In this document: in pieces, positions 41,414 through 50,178 of the stretch
Layout: each line of letters opens with the position of its first letter
Position numbering within the stretch: the first letter of the stretch is position 1
Source of the DNA: Candidatus Microgenomates bacterium
GTDB lineage: Bacteria; Patescibacteriota; Microgenomatia; UBA1400; PJMF01
Direction of reading: 5' to 3'
DNA length: 61,006 nucleotides
Assembly (NCBI GenBank): GCA_015486535.1
Contig: WFRK01000016.1
Coordinates: 1-61,006 of the forward strand
Notes under the pieces: generated by a model
Database searches by the model: none
Told to the model about the DNA's origin: nothing
Seen by the model: only the letters and a program-made list of their open reading frames with translations
Made by a program: the position numbers and the translations under genes

Positions 41414-42823
41414 ATGCGTCAATCGAAGCGGTTTGATCACAAAAAAATGTTTGTCCAAATCATTTTACTTTTTGGTATGTCAATTGTGAGCATCATCGCT
41501 GCTTGGCAACTGAAGGTTGTCAGAGAATTTTTTGGCCATGCGGCCGGTACACCAGCCAATTTTATGGTTGATACCCAAGCAATTGTGGGCAGGATGCCTC
41601 GACCTTGGCGCAATCTTGCTCAAGGTGGAGAAAGTCACCTCTGGAGTTTGAGGCCGATCAGTGGCAAAGTGAAGGCTTTACATCCAGAATACATTCGCAT
41701 CGATCACATTTATGATTTTTATGATGTGGTTCAGGGCAAACCGGGTCAGTTAACTTTTAATTTTTCCAAGTTGGATAAAGTGATTGATAGTATTTTGGCT
41801 ACCGGTGCCAAGCCATATTTGTCACTTTCTTATATGCCAACAGCAATCAGTCGTGGAGATATGCTTGATCAACCGGTCAACTATACCGATTGGCAACGAG
41901 TAGTGCAACAAACAATCCAGCATGTCAGTGGTACTCGGGGTATCGCCGACGTCTATTATGAGGTTTGGAATGAACCGGATTTGTTCGGTAAGTGGAAATA
42001 TTATGGTAATAAAAACTATCTAACACTTTATCGTTATGCGGCACTAGGAGCAATGAATACCAGAGGAACTAAACCTTTCAAAATTGGTGGTCCGGCCACT
42101 ACTGCGCTATACAAAAACTGGGTCAATGCTCTCTTAAAATATGCTGCCCGTTATCATTTGCGTTTGGATTTTATTTCTTGGCATCGTTATAGTAACAACC
42201 TCAACCAATATAAACGTGATATTCTCAATGCTCGTTCATGGATTGCACGTTATCCGCAATTTGATGGTGTGCTTGAAACCCAAATCACTGAATGGGGTCA
42301 TGATAGTAATAACAATGCTGGTTATGATTCTCGCTTTGCCGCCGCTCACACTGTCGCTGGAGCAATTAATATGGTTGGTGTGTTACACCGCGGCTTCATT
42401 TTTGAAATTCAAGACGGTCAAGATCCTCAAGGAAAAAAATATTGGGGGCGTTGGGGCTTATTGACAAGCAAAAATTCCGGCAGTCAAACAAAGCCAAGAT
42501 ATTGGGGTTTGAGAATGCTTGATCGTATCGCTGATGAGAGATTACAAACTTTGGGTCAGGGCAGTTTTGTAAAGGGTTTAAGTGCCAAGACGTCCGATGG
42601 GAAAATTCAAATGGTTCTGGCAAATTATGATCGTAATGCCCGTCATCGCGAAACAGTGCCGATTACGTTCCAACATATTCAACCGGGACGATATTTATTA
42701 ACAACGAAACGACTCTCCGGTAGAAACAGTCAAGAATACGTGGCGACCACGGCCGCTCAATTAAAAGTTGAAATTCCGATGTTGGTTAATGATGTCGCCT
42801 TGATAGAAATGAGCCGAAAGTAA
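41414..42823 (+). CDS. membrane-anchored clan GH-A glycoside hydrolase (GH39-like)
   Basis: N-terminal TM segment. YYEVWNEPDL is an acid/base NEP motif. QITEWGH is a candidate nucleophile Glu. Confidence 0.55.
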   Translation: MRQSKRFDHKKMFVQIILLFGMSIVSIIAAWQLKVVREFFGHAAGTPANFMVDTQAIVGRMPRPWRNLAQGGESHLWSLRPISGKVKALHPEYIRIDHIYDFYDVVQGKPGQLTFNFSKLDKVIDSILATGAKPYLSLSYMPTAISRGDMLDQPVNYTDWQRVVQQTIQHVSGTRGIADVYYEVWNEPDLFGKWKYYGNKNYLTLYRYAALGAMNTRGTKPFKIGGPATTALYKNWVNALLKYAARYHLRLDFISWHRYSNNLNQYKRDILNARSWIARYPQFDGVLETQITEWGHDSNNNAGYDSRFAAAHTVAGAINMVGVLHRGFIFEIQDGQDPQGKKYWGRWGLLTSKNSGSQTKPRYWGLRMLDRIADERLQTLGQGSFVKGLSAKTSDGKIQMVLANYDRNARHRETVPITFQHIQPGRYLLTTKRLSGRNSQEYVATTAAQLKVEIPMLVNDVALIEMSRK

Positions 42824-42845
42824 GTTTTACCAACAAGTCAATTGA

Positions 42846-43967
42846 TTAACTTGAACGGTGCGCAATCAACTGCAGAATTTCTTTCTCAAATCTGTTTTTG
42901 TCAGTGAATTTTGCGACACTTTTCTGAATCTGCATTGGAGTAAACGACAATTTTTGCCAACGTTTAATGGCCGCCGTCAAACCACTAAGATTAAGGGGTG
43001 TAAACAAAACGCCATTTTTCCCATCAACAACAGTTTCCAATGGTCCTCCAGAAGCATGAGCAATCACCGGTGTACCAAAACTCATCGCCTCAATCGGCAC
43101 AATACCAAAATCTTCATCTTTAACCGGATAAATCAATGCTTTTGCTCGAGCATAAAGTTCTTTCAGCTGCTCATCAGTGACAAAATCAAGAAATGTGACC
43201 GTCGGACCGGCAAGCTGCTTTAGTTTCGACAACATTTTACCAGTGCCAACAACTTTAAGTGGCAGATGAAGTTGATTGGCCGCTTTGACAGCTAGCTCCG
43301 GGTGTTTGCTAAAAGCTAAACGATTAACGTAGAGATAATACGCTCGTTTCTTCAGAGGCACCAGTTTTTTTGCTAATGACAAATTCATCGGTGGATAAAT
43401 CACCTGAGCTGGTAAGCGATAGAACTTAGCGATACGTTTTCGTGTTTCTTGAGAATTTGCCACAAAAACACCGACGTTATTTCGAGCAATTTTGACGTCA
43501 ACCACCCTCAAATAGTGATTAATCAAGGCACCAAAAAATTTAATGAGAGGGTTTTTTTTCCAGTCAGTCATCGTGCTATAACCCCAAAGTGAGCGTGCTG
43601 GAGTATGACAGTAACAATAGTGCTTGGTCACTTGATCAACTTTGATCGCTTTGGCAAAATAGGCGTTGGTCGAGGAAATGACCACATCATAACGACTTAA
43701 ATCAAAATGATGAAAATAGCTGGGGGCAAAAATTCTTAAAGGTGAAAACAGTTTTTTGTAAAAAGGTATTTTTGTCAACCAACTCTGGTGAATTTGCCAA
43801 TGAGCAAAATGAGACCAATGCCAACCTAACTTTTGTTTATCAATAAAAGCGGTATAAACCGGTGCGTCAGGGAAAATATCATGAAGTGCTTCCAAAACCC
43901 TCTCCGCCCCACCATAATCAACGAGATAATCATGAACCAAAGCAACTCTTAATTTTTTAGTTCGCAT
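42846..43967 (-). CDS. glycosyltransferase, GT4/GT1 family
   Basis: LRVALVHDYLVDYGGAERV at the N-terminus, and C-terminal EDFGIVPIEAMSFGTPVIA (the E-x7-E region). Confidence 0.8.
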   Translation of the reverse strand: MRTKKLRVALVHDYLVDYGGAERVLEALHDIFPDAPVYTAFIDKQKLGWHWSHFAHWQIHQSWLTKIPFYKKLFSPLRIFAPSYFHHFDLSRYDVVISSTNAYFAKAIKVDQVTKHYCYCHTPARSLWGYSTMTDWKKNPLIKFFGALINHYLRVVDVKIARNNVGVFVANSQETRKRIAKFYRLPAQVIYPPMNLSLAKKLVPLKKRAYYLYVNRLAFSKHPELAVKAANQLHLPLKVVGTGKMLSKLKQLAGPTVTFLDFVTDEQLKELYARAKALIYPVKDEDFGIVPIEAMSFGTPVIAHASGGPLETVVDGKNGVLFTPLNLSGLTAAIKRWQKLSFTPMQIQKSVAKFTDKNRFEKEILQLIAHRSS

Positions 43968-43970
43968 GTT

Positions 43971-44924
43971 TTAAAATAAAGCTTCTTGAACACTGACTTC
44001 GAATTTATCTTGAGGCAAATATTTCATCAACGAATGAAAGCCTAAAGTTTCAAATAACCGAGCCACCTTTTCTTTATCATACTCGCTCAACTTCGCTTCA
44101 TCGAGATTAAATCTAATGGGCACATTTGTGTTGATGCGCGCCAGTTCTTGACTCAAAAATGCATCGGCTCTCCCAGCAAGCAATTTTTGCCGCACTCCCG
44201 CTGATAATTGATCGGCTCCAGCATCAATCGCTTGGTAAAGTTTTGCCAAACTACTAAACTGATTGATTAATTTTGCCGCTGTTTTCTGGCCAATACCTTT
44301 TACCCCTTTGATATTATCAGAAGTATCACCCATCAAGGCTTTAAGATCGACTACTTGTTCCGGTTTTACACCTAATTTGATTACCACCTGTTCCGCATCA
44401 TACTCGATATCTCGAGAAAAACGTCCGTGTTTCGGTAAAAATACGTGAATTTTATCATTCACCAACTGGAGCAAATCTTTATCGCCCGTGACGATTAAAA
44501 CATCAATATCTTCAGTCTTAGTCAAGCGTTGGGCAATGGTGCCAATAAGATCATCTGCTTCATAACCGGCTAACTCGAATTGAGGCATATTTAAGGCATT
44601 AACCACTTGTTTAATTAAATCAATTTGTGGTTTCAGGTCATCCGGCATTTCCGGTCGATTTGCCTTATAGGTTTCCTCCAAGTCGGCCCGAAGAGTTTTT
44701 TCTTTACTATCGAAGGTAACAACAAGATAGTCCGGTCTGAATTGACGAATCACATTAAGCAGGATCCGGGTAAAGCCGTAGACAGCATTGACTAGTTGGC
44801 CCTGAGGGCTGGTAAGCGCCGGTAAAGCATGGTAAGCCCGATAGATGATGGCGTGACCATCAATGAGCATGAGCAAAGGTCGGTGATTTGTTCGTGGGCG
44901 TGTTTGAGTCATAACCAACGGCAA
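43971..44924 (-). CDS. stand-alone 5'-3' exonuclease (FEN-like, Pol I N-terminal domain homologue)
   Basis: LMLIDGHAIIYRAYHA, GYEADDLIGT, TGDKDLLQL, and an H3TH region GDTSDNIKGVKGIGQKTA. No polymerase domain follows. Confidence 0.85.
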   Translation of the reverse strand: MPLVMTQTRPRTNHRPLLMLIDGHAIIYRAYHALPALTSPQGQLVNAVYGFTRILLNVIRQFRPDYLVVTFDSKEKTLRADLEETYKANRPEMPDDLKPQIDLIKQVVNALNMPQFELAGYEADDLIGTIAQRLTKTEDIDVLIVTGDKDLLQLVNDKIHVFLPKHGRFSRDIEYDAEQVVIKLGVKPEQVVDLKALMGDTSDNIKGVKGIGQKTAAKLINQFSSLAKLYQAIDAGADQLSAGVRQKLLAGRADAFLSQELARINTNVPIRFNLDEAKLSEYDKEKVARLFETLGFHSLMKYLPQDKFEVSVQEALF

Positions 44925-44948
44925 TACTTAATCGTGACTAATCAATTT

Positions 44949-46856
44949 TCAGCCATCGACTAACTTTTTGAACTCATCTCCATCTAGAGTTTCTACTTCG
45001 ATTAATTTAAGGGCCACCTTATCGAGTTTGTGACGATGCTTTTTCAAAAGAGCTAAAGCACGTTCTTGAGCCGTATCAATCAGTTGTTTCACGGCCGCAT
45101 CAACTTGCTTTTGCAGTTGATCAGAAATTTTTAATGGCGTACCAAAAGCCTTGGCATAGTTCGTCATCTCATACATGGGTGCAAAATTCATTGGTCCTAA
45201 CGGACTCATACCGTATTCTGTCACCATTGCCCGAGCAACTCGTGTCGCTCGTTCAATATCTGAACTGGCACCGGCAGTCATTTCATTGAAAATAAAAATC
45301 TCGGCGGCACGCCCACCAAGCAAAACAGCCAACTCGTCGAGCAGCTCTGATTTGGTTGTTTGCAGTTTATCACGATCAGGTGGTGTTAAAGTGTAACCAA
45401 GAGCTCGTCCGCGGGAAACGATGCTAATCCGATGGACCGGATCAGCCAGAGGTGAAAAGTGCGCTACTAACGCATGACCAGCCTCGTGGTAAGCGGTAAG
45501 TTTTCGTTCAGTCTTATCGTGCAACCGTTTTTTTGAAGGACCAAGTTTCACTTTCAATGACGCTTCTTCGATATCTTCCATAGTGATCCAACGGCGATTT
45601 TCTCTGGCAATGGCAATGGCCGCTTCATTTAACATGTTTTCGATATCAGCACCAGAAAAACCAACCGTCCGTTTGGCCACTTTATCCCAATCAAACTTAG
45701 CTGCAAACGGTTTACCTTTAGCGTGAATACGCAAAATAAACTTTCTCTCCTCTAAATCAGGCAAACTGACAACTACCCGTCGATCAAACCTGCCCGGTCG
45801 AGTCAGTGCGGGATCAAGAACATCGTGGCGATTAGTGGCGGCCATGACGACGACGTTATCGTTGGGCGTGAAACCATCCATTTCCACTAAAATTTGATTT
45901 AAAGTTTGTTCGCGTTCGTCATGGCCGCCCACCGCCCCACCAATGCCACGAGTACGACCAATGGCATCAATCTCGTCAATGAAAATAATGGCCGGTGCCA
46001 ATTTTTTCGCTGTCGCGAATAGATCTCTCACCCGAGAAGCACCAACGCCGACCAGCATTTCCATGAATTCACTCCCGGCAATGGAAAGGAACTGAACGTT
46101 TGCCTCACCGGCAACAGCGCGAGCCAACAAAGTTTTACCCGTCCCTGCTGGTCCCATGAGTAAAACACCTTTGGGAGTCCGGGCACCCACCTTGCGATAT
46201 TTTTTAGGATGCTTTAGAAAATCAACCACTTCTTCCAATTCTTTTTTGGCCTCATCCATGCCACCAACATCTTTGAAAGTCGTATCTTGTTTTCCTTTGA
46301 CAAAAAGCTTTGCCTTAGATTTGCCAATACCGAAAATACCTTCTTGCGTCCCACGTGCTTGTCTAAAAATATAAAAGAAAAAAACAAACATTAAGATCAG
46401 CGGACCAACATTGATCAGGAATTCCCAAAAGAGATCGCTGAAGCTTTTATCGATCACCTTAATTTCTGTTTTAGCTAAATCAATGTGAGCTGTGTTAAAA
46501 ATTGCCCGCAATTGCTCCCCCGATTCCTTTCTGGCCACTTTAGGTATTTTTTCACCACGATAAAAAACCTTCACGTTGTCACCAGAAACCTCAAGTTTAG
46601 CCACTTTGTTTTGACGTACATCAGTTACCAGTTGAGATAAGGGAATTTTTTCCAAATTACCCCCATTAAACAGAGAGAGGATCATCGGTAAAAACAGGAA
46701 AATTAGTAAGAGATAAATTAAGCTGCGACTAATCCACTTGTTAATATCAATGTGAAACTCAATTTGCTTAATATTTTTCGGTAATTTTTTGGATAAATTT
46801 CGAGATAGTTTATCTGGCTTTATGCTTGAGCGACGAGAAGCGGATTTTTTTGTCAT
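44949..46856 (-). CDS. ftsH: ATP-dependent zinc metalloprotease FtsH
   Basis: Two TM segments, Walker [32 protein letters not shown], and the zinc site HEAGHA. Confidence 0.95.
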   Translation of the reverse strand: MTKKSASRRSSIKPDKLSRNLSKKLPKNIKQIEFHIDINKWISRSLIYLLLIFLFLPMILSLFNGGNLEKIPLSQLVTDVRQNKVAKLEVSGDNVKVFYRGEKIPKVARKESGEQLRAIFNTAHIDLAKTEIKVIDKSFSDLFWEFLINVGPLILMFVFFFYIFRQARGTQEGIFGIGKSKAKLFVKGKQDTTFKDVGGMDEAKKELEEVVDFLKHPKKYRKVGARTPKGVLLMGPAGTGKTLLARAVAGEANVQFLSIAGSEFMEMLVGVGASRVRDLFATAKKLAPAIIFIDEIDAIGRTRGIGGAVGGHDEREQTLNQILVEMDGFTPNDNVVVMAATNRHDVLDPALTRPGRFDRRVVVSLPDLEERKFILRIHAKGKPFAAKFDWDKVAKRTVGFSGADIENMLNEAAIAIARENRRWITMEDIEEASLKVKLGPSKKRLHDKTERKLTAYHEAGHALVAHFSPLADPVHRISIVSRGRALGYTLTPPDRDKLQTTKSELLDELAVLLGGRAAEIFIFNEMTAGASSDIERATRVARAMVTEYGMSPLGPMNFAPMYEMTNYAKAFGTPLKISDQLQKQVDAAVKQLIDTAQERALALLKKHRHKLDKVALKLIEVETLDGDEFKKLVDG

Positions 46857-46894
46857 AGACAGCCGCTATTATAACATTAAGTCAACCGAACTGA

Positions 46895-47239
46895 TTAACC
46901 AACCTGGGCGCCAGCCTTAATTGACTCATCAACCGTCAACAAGGCAATTAAATCATCATCGCTCGCAGCCAAAATCATCCCTTCACTCATCACGCCACGG
47001 AGTCGCCGAGGGGCCAGGTTCGCTAAATAAATCACCTTTTTGCCCAACAATGACTCAACCGTATAAGCTGATTTAATACCGGAAACAACCACTCTCTCAC
47101 CTAGACCGCCATCAGCGGTTTTGCCAACATCAAGTGTCAGCTTCAACAAGCGATCGGCGCCTTCAATCGGCTCGGCTTGCTTGACAACCGCTAAACGTAA
47201 ATCGAGCAACTTAAAATCATCATAAGTAATTTGAGTCAT
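46895..47239 (-). CDS. tRNA-binding domain protein (CsaA/Trbp111-like OB fold)
   Basis: FKLLDLRLAVV..AEPIEGADRLLKLTLDVG, and RGVMSEGMILAA. Confidence 0.8.
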   Translation of the reverse strand: MTQITYDDFKLLDLRLAVVKQAEPIEGADRLLKLTLDVGKTADGGLGERVVVSGIKSAYTVESLLGKKVIYLANLAPRRLRGVMSEGMILAASDDDLIALLTVDESIKAGAQVG

Positions 47240-47257
47240 TGTTCTGCCTCCTAAAAA

Positions 47258-48352
47258 TTAATTTAATAAACCAAAAGCTTTTTTAACCAATTTTAAAGTT
47301 ATTTGGGCTTGAGCGCGTGCTTTCTCTGCTCCATGAGCAATCACTTCATCGAGATAATTCGGCTGAGTTAATAGGCTTTGTTTTTTTCGCTGAATCGGTT
47401 CAATTTCGGCAAAAATAGCTTGGGCTAATTGAGATTTGAGTTGATTATAGGAAAGCGTTTCAGCTTGATACTGATGTTCAAAAGCGGCTCGTTTTGCTTC
47501 ACCCATAAATAACTCAACCAATTTCATTAATGCGCCCACGCCCACTGACTCCTGATTAGTCCTTGCATCAAAGTAACGTTTCGTTACCTGAAAACCGGCT
47601 TTTTTATCAACTTGAGTAAGTTGAATTTGACCTCGTCCACTGTCGGTTGGCACTTTGGCTATTTTCTGGTTTATAACTGCAAGGCTATCGTCTAAAGCGA
47701 TAAAACTGCCCGGCACCGATTTACTCATTTTGCCAATACCATTGAGCGAAGGTACATAGTCACCGCTTGTCTTAAATCGTCGTGGCTGGGGCAAATGCAA
47801 CTGATAAATCTGATTTAATTTACGGACAATTTCGCGGCTCACTTCAAGATGTGGTTCTTGGTCAATGCCCACCGGCACTAGATCAGCTTGATAAATGAGA
47901 ATATCTGCTGCCATCAAGACAGGATAGTTCAATAAAGCCAAGGTCACATTTTCCGGATATTGTTTTACCTTTTCTTTAAAGGTTGGCAGATGCTGCATAC
48001 GCGCCACAGAAACGAGCGTGGAAAGATAATATGCCAACTCAATATGTTCCGGCACCATTGACTGAAAAAATATGGTTGATCGCTGCGGATCAAGACCAAT
48101 AGCAAGATAATCAACCATAACGTTGCGACGGTATTGACTCAATGTTTTTGGACTAAATGGTGTTGTCAACGCATGAAGATCAGCCACCATGTAGAAAGTC
48201 TCATAATCTTTACGGCTCTGCAACGCTACCATTCCTTTAGCGGCACCAAAATAATTGCCCAAATGGAGCTTACCTGTCGCTCTCATACCTGAGAGAATCC
48301 TAGTTTTTTTTGTTTTTTGATTTTCCATCTCAATTGACTCCCTTTCTTTCAA
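47258..48352 (-). CDS. trpS: tryptophan--tRNA ligase
   Basis: GKLHLGNYFGA is a HIGH-type motif and KMSKS is present. The size and blocks fit TrpRS. Confidence 0.9.
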   Translation of the reverse strand: MKERESIEMENQKTKKTRILSGMRATGKLHLGNYFGAAKGMVALQSRKDYETFYMVADLHALTTPFSPKTLSQYRRNVMVDYLAIGLDPQRSTIFFQSMVPEHIELAYYLSTLVSVARMQHLPTFKEKVKQYPENVTLALLNYPVLMAADILIYQADLVPVGIDQEPHLEVSREIVRKLNQIYQLHLPQPRRFKTSGDYVPSLNGIGKMSKSVPGSFIALDDSLAVINQKIAKVPTDSGRGQIQLTQVDKKAGFQVTKRYFDARTNQESVGVGALMKLVELFMGEAKRAAFEHQYQAETLSYNQLKSQLAQAIFAEIEPIQRKKQSLLTQPNYLDEVIAHGAEKARAQAQITLKLVKKAFGLLN

Positions 48353-48605
48353 GAATGTGTTTAAATTTTCCCAATCTCATTTCTTTTGCCCCTCTGATCA
48401 CTGTTGCCAGGCCAACTTCAAGATCATGAGCAATCTGACGTTGAGGCTGACCGGCTTTTAATCGTCTGATAATTTCAACGCGCTTGCTGAGCTGAATAAT
48501 CTCTTGTGGTGTCAATAAAGCATCCAGTAACTCGACAAGATTATTCGAATGCTGTGAAATCAGTCGCGCCAAATTGGTTAGTTTCTGTTGATAATCATTA
48601 GTCAT
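48330..48605 (-). CDS. TrpR/YerC/YecD-family DNA-binding protein
   Basis: LLTPQEIIQLSKRVEIIRRLKAGQPQRQIAHDLEVGLATVIRGAKE matches the Trp-repressor-like helix-turn-helix. It overlaps the trpS start by 23 nt. Confidence 0.75.
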   Translation of the reverse strand: MTNDYQQKLTNLARLISQHSNNLVELLDALLTPQEIIQLSKRVEIIRRLKAGQPQRQIAHDLEVGLATVIRGAKEMRLGKFKHILERKGVN

Positions 48606-48649
48606 CGTTCAACACCCTAAGCTCATCTATTTATCAAATTTATCTACTC

Positions 48650-48667
48650 CATTGTACTAGTACAATG
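48650..48667. promoter_or_regulatory. 18-bp perfect palindrome CATTGTACTAGTACAATG, a Trp-operator-like site
   Basis: Read directly. The GTACTAGTAC core resembles the E. coli TrpR operator half-sites (GTACTAG). It lies immediately downstream of the predicted -10. Confidence 0.55.
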
Positions 48668-48669
48668 AT

Positions 48670-48697
48670 ACTATAACGCATTTTCACTAAAAGGCAA
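48670..48697 (-). promoter_or_regulatory. sigma-70-type promoter for the trpR-like/trpS operon
   Basis: The minus strand reads TTGCCT-16 nt-TATAGT, followed directly by the palindrome. Confidence 0.45.
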
Positions 48698-48766
48698 GAA
48701 CCAATAATGACAAATCGAAAGGAGAAAATTTTACCTTCTGATAACTATCGATTGCAACCGGTTGAA

Positions 48767-49663
48767 TCAAAGTTCCTCAATCATCACGTTTGGGTCAGAT
48801 TCTGGTATATCAACAAAATTAAGATATCTCTCCGTCGTCGTGATTCGTTTGTGACCAACCAACTGAGAAACATAAACTAAAGGAGTGCCTGCTTTCAACT
48901 GTTCAACAATAAAGGTGTGACGCAAGTCATTTACTTTTGCATCCCTAATCCCCGCTAAACGAAAATAACGGTCGATTGAAGTTCTGATATTGCGCACTAA
49001 AAATGGCCGACAAGTTTTGGTAAGAAAAAGGGTTTTTTCTTTACTTTTCGGTCTTACCTCAAGATAATCTAACAAAGTTTTTTTTGCGGCCATATTTAGC
49101 GGTACTTTACGGGCCGGTGAGGAATTTTGCGCTTTAATATTAATCACATTCCTTTCAAAATCGAGATCATCGATTGTGAGTGCAGCCAATTCGCTGATTC
49201 TCATACCCGTTTGGAGTAGCACCTCAACTACAGCTGATATGCGCGCATCATGCTTGCAAACATCTCTCAGAGCCCGATACTCCAATCGCGAGAGAATGCG
49301 AGGTAGGCCCGGTTTATATTTGGGATGAGTCACCAACAAAGCGGGATTTTTCCTCAGAATACCTTGCTGTTTCAAAAATTTGAAAAAAGCCTTAATAGAA
49401 TTTAATTTACGAGAAATTGACTTGGCGGTGTAACGTTGTTTTTTGAGTAGTTTTTTGAATTCCTCAATATCTTCAAACTCAACTTGTTCCGGATAAGTCT
49501 TCAATCTTTGGGCCAAAAATCCATTCATTTGCTCAATGTCTTTCCCATAGGCGAGAACGGTGGCGTGAGCTTTGCCGGCTTTTTGTAAATTTTCTACAAA
49601 TTGGGCATGCAAATCAACTAAAAGTTTCTGCATAGTGGTACGATCTGCTATACTAATTAACAA
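48767..49663 (-). CDS. tyrosine recombinase, XerC/XerD-like
   Basis: An N-terminal SAM-like core-binding domain. The catalytic residues fit the patterns GMRISEL, LRHTF, GHKRITTTERY. Confidence 0.8.
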   Translation of the reverse strand: MLISIADRTTMQKLLVDLHAQFVENLQKAGKAHATVLAYGKDIEQMNGFLAQRLKTYPEQVEFEDIEEFKKLLKKQRYTAKSISRKLNSIKAFFKFLKQQGILRKNPALLVTHPKYKPGLPRILSRLEYRALRDVCKHDARISAVVEVLLQTGMRISELAALTIDDLDFERNVINIKAQNSSPARKVPLNMAAKKTLLDYLEVRPKSKEKTLFLTKTCRPFLVRNIRTSIDRYFRLAGIRDAKVNDLRHTFIVEQLKAGTPLVYVSQLVGHKRITTTERYLNFVDIPESDPNVMIEEL

Positions 49664-49775
49664 ACGAAGACAAATTAATCATTCATCAAACCATTTTATG
49701 TCTTATAGTTTTTTTATAAATGGATCAAAATTAATTTTGTGAAGCTTATAATATCATATAATTGGACTTTTTTCT

Positions 49776-50126
49776 ATGCAAAGGATATTCGATCATAGGC
49801 TGATTGCTTTTTTCATAACAATTGTAGTCATCATATTTTTATTTTCTTTAAGAAAGACGAGATTGAAAAGTGACTCTTCAACCCAGATATTGAAGCAGAA
49901 GCAACAGAGCGTTGCTCAATTAAAAAAAGATTTGGAAGAAATCAGACAAAGAAATGCTAAATTTAAAAGTGATTTTTATCAGGAAAAAATCATTCGTAAT
50001 GAATTACTGATGCAACGGCCTGGAGAAATTATTATGCAGCTGCCGATAGAGGAAAAACAAACACTCATAAGCCCTACTCCGACTCCCGAGTTAAAAAATT
50101 TTCAAAAATGGCTTAATCTGTTTTGA
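49776..50126 (+). CDS. FtsB/DivIC-like septum formation initiator (single TM plus coiled coil)
   Basis: TM segment IAFFITIVVIIFLF, a coiled coil, then IIRNELLMQRPGEII resembling the FtsB/DivIC C-terminal motif. Confidence 0.5.
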   Translation: MQRIFDHRLIAFFITIVVIIFLFSLRKTRLKSDSSTQILKQKQQSVAQLKKDLEEIRQRNAKFKSDFYQEKIIRNELLMQRPGEIIMQLPIEEKQTLISPTPTPELKNFQKWLNLF

Positions 50127-50178
50127 GACAAGGGTATCGGTGCTTCGGGACTCATAAAGATGATGATACCACAAAAAA

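Noticed and set aside
48767-49663. The tyrosine recombinase as a marker of an integrated mobile element or prophage bounding the DGR region.
   Set aside because: I saw no flanking direct repeats, tRNA attachment site or phage genes. The neighbours are trpS and a divisome-like gene. A chromosomal XerC/D-type dimer-resolution recombinase is the simpler reading, but this cannot be proven here.
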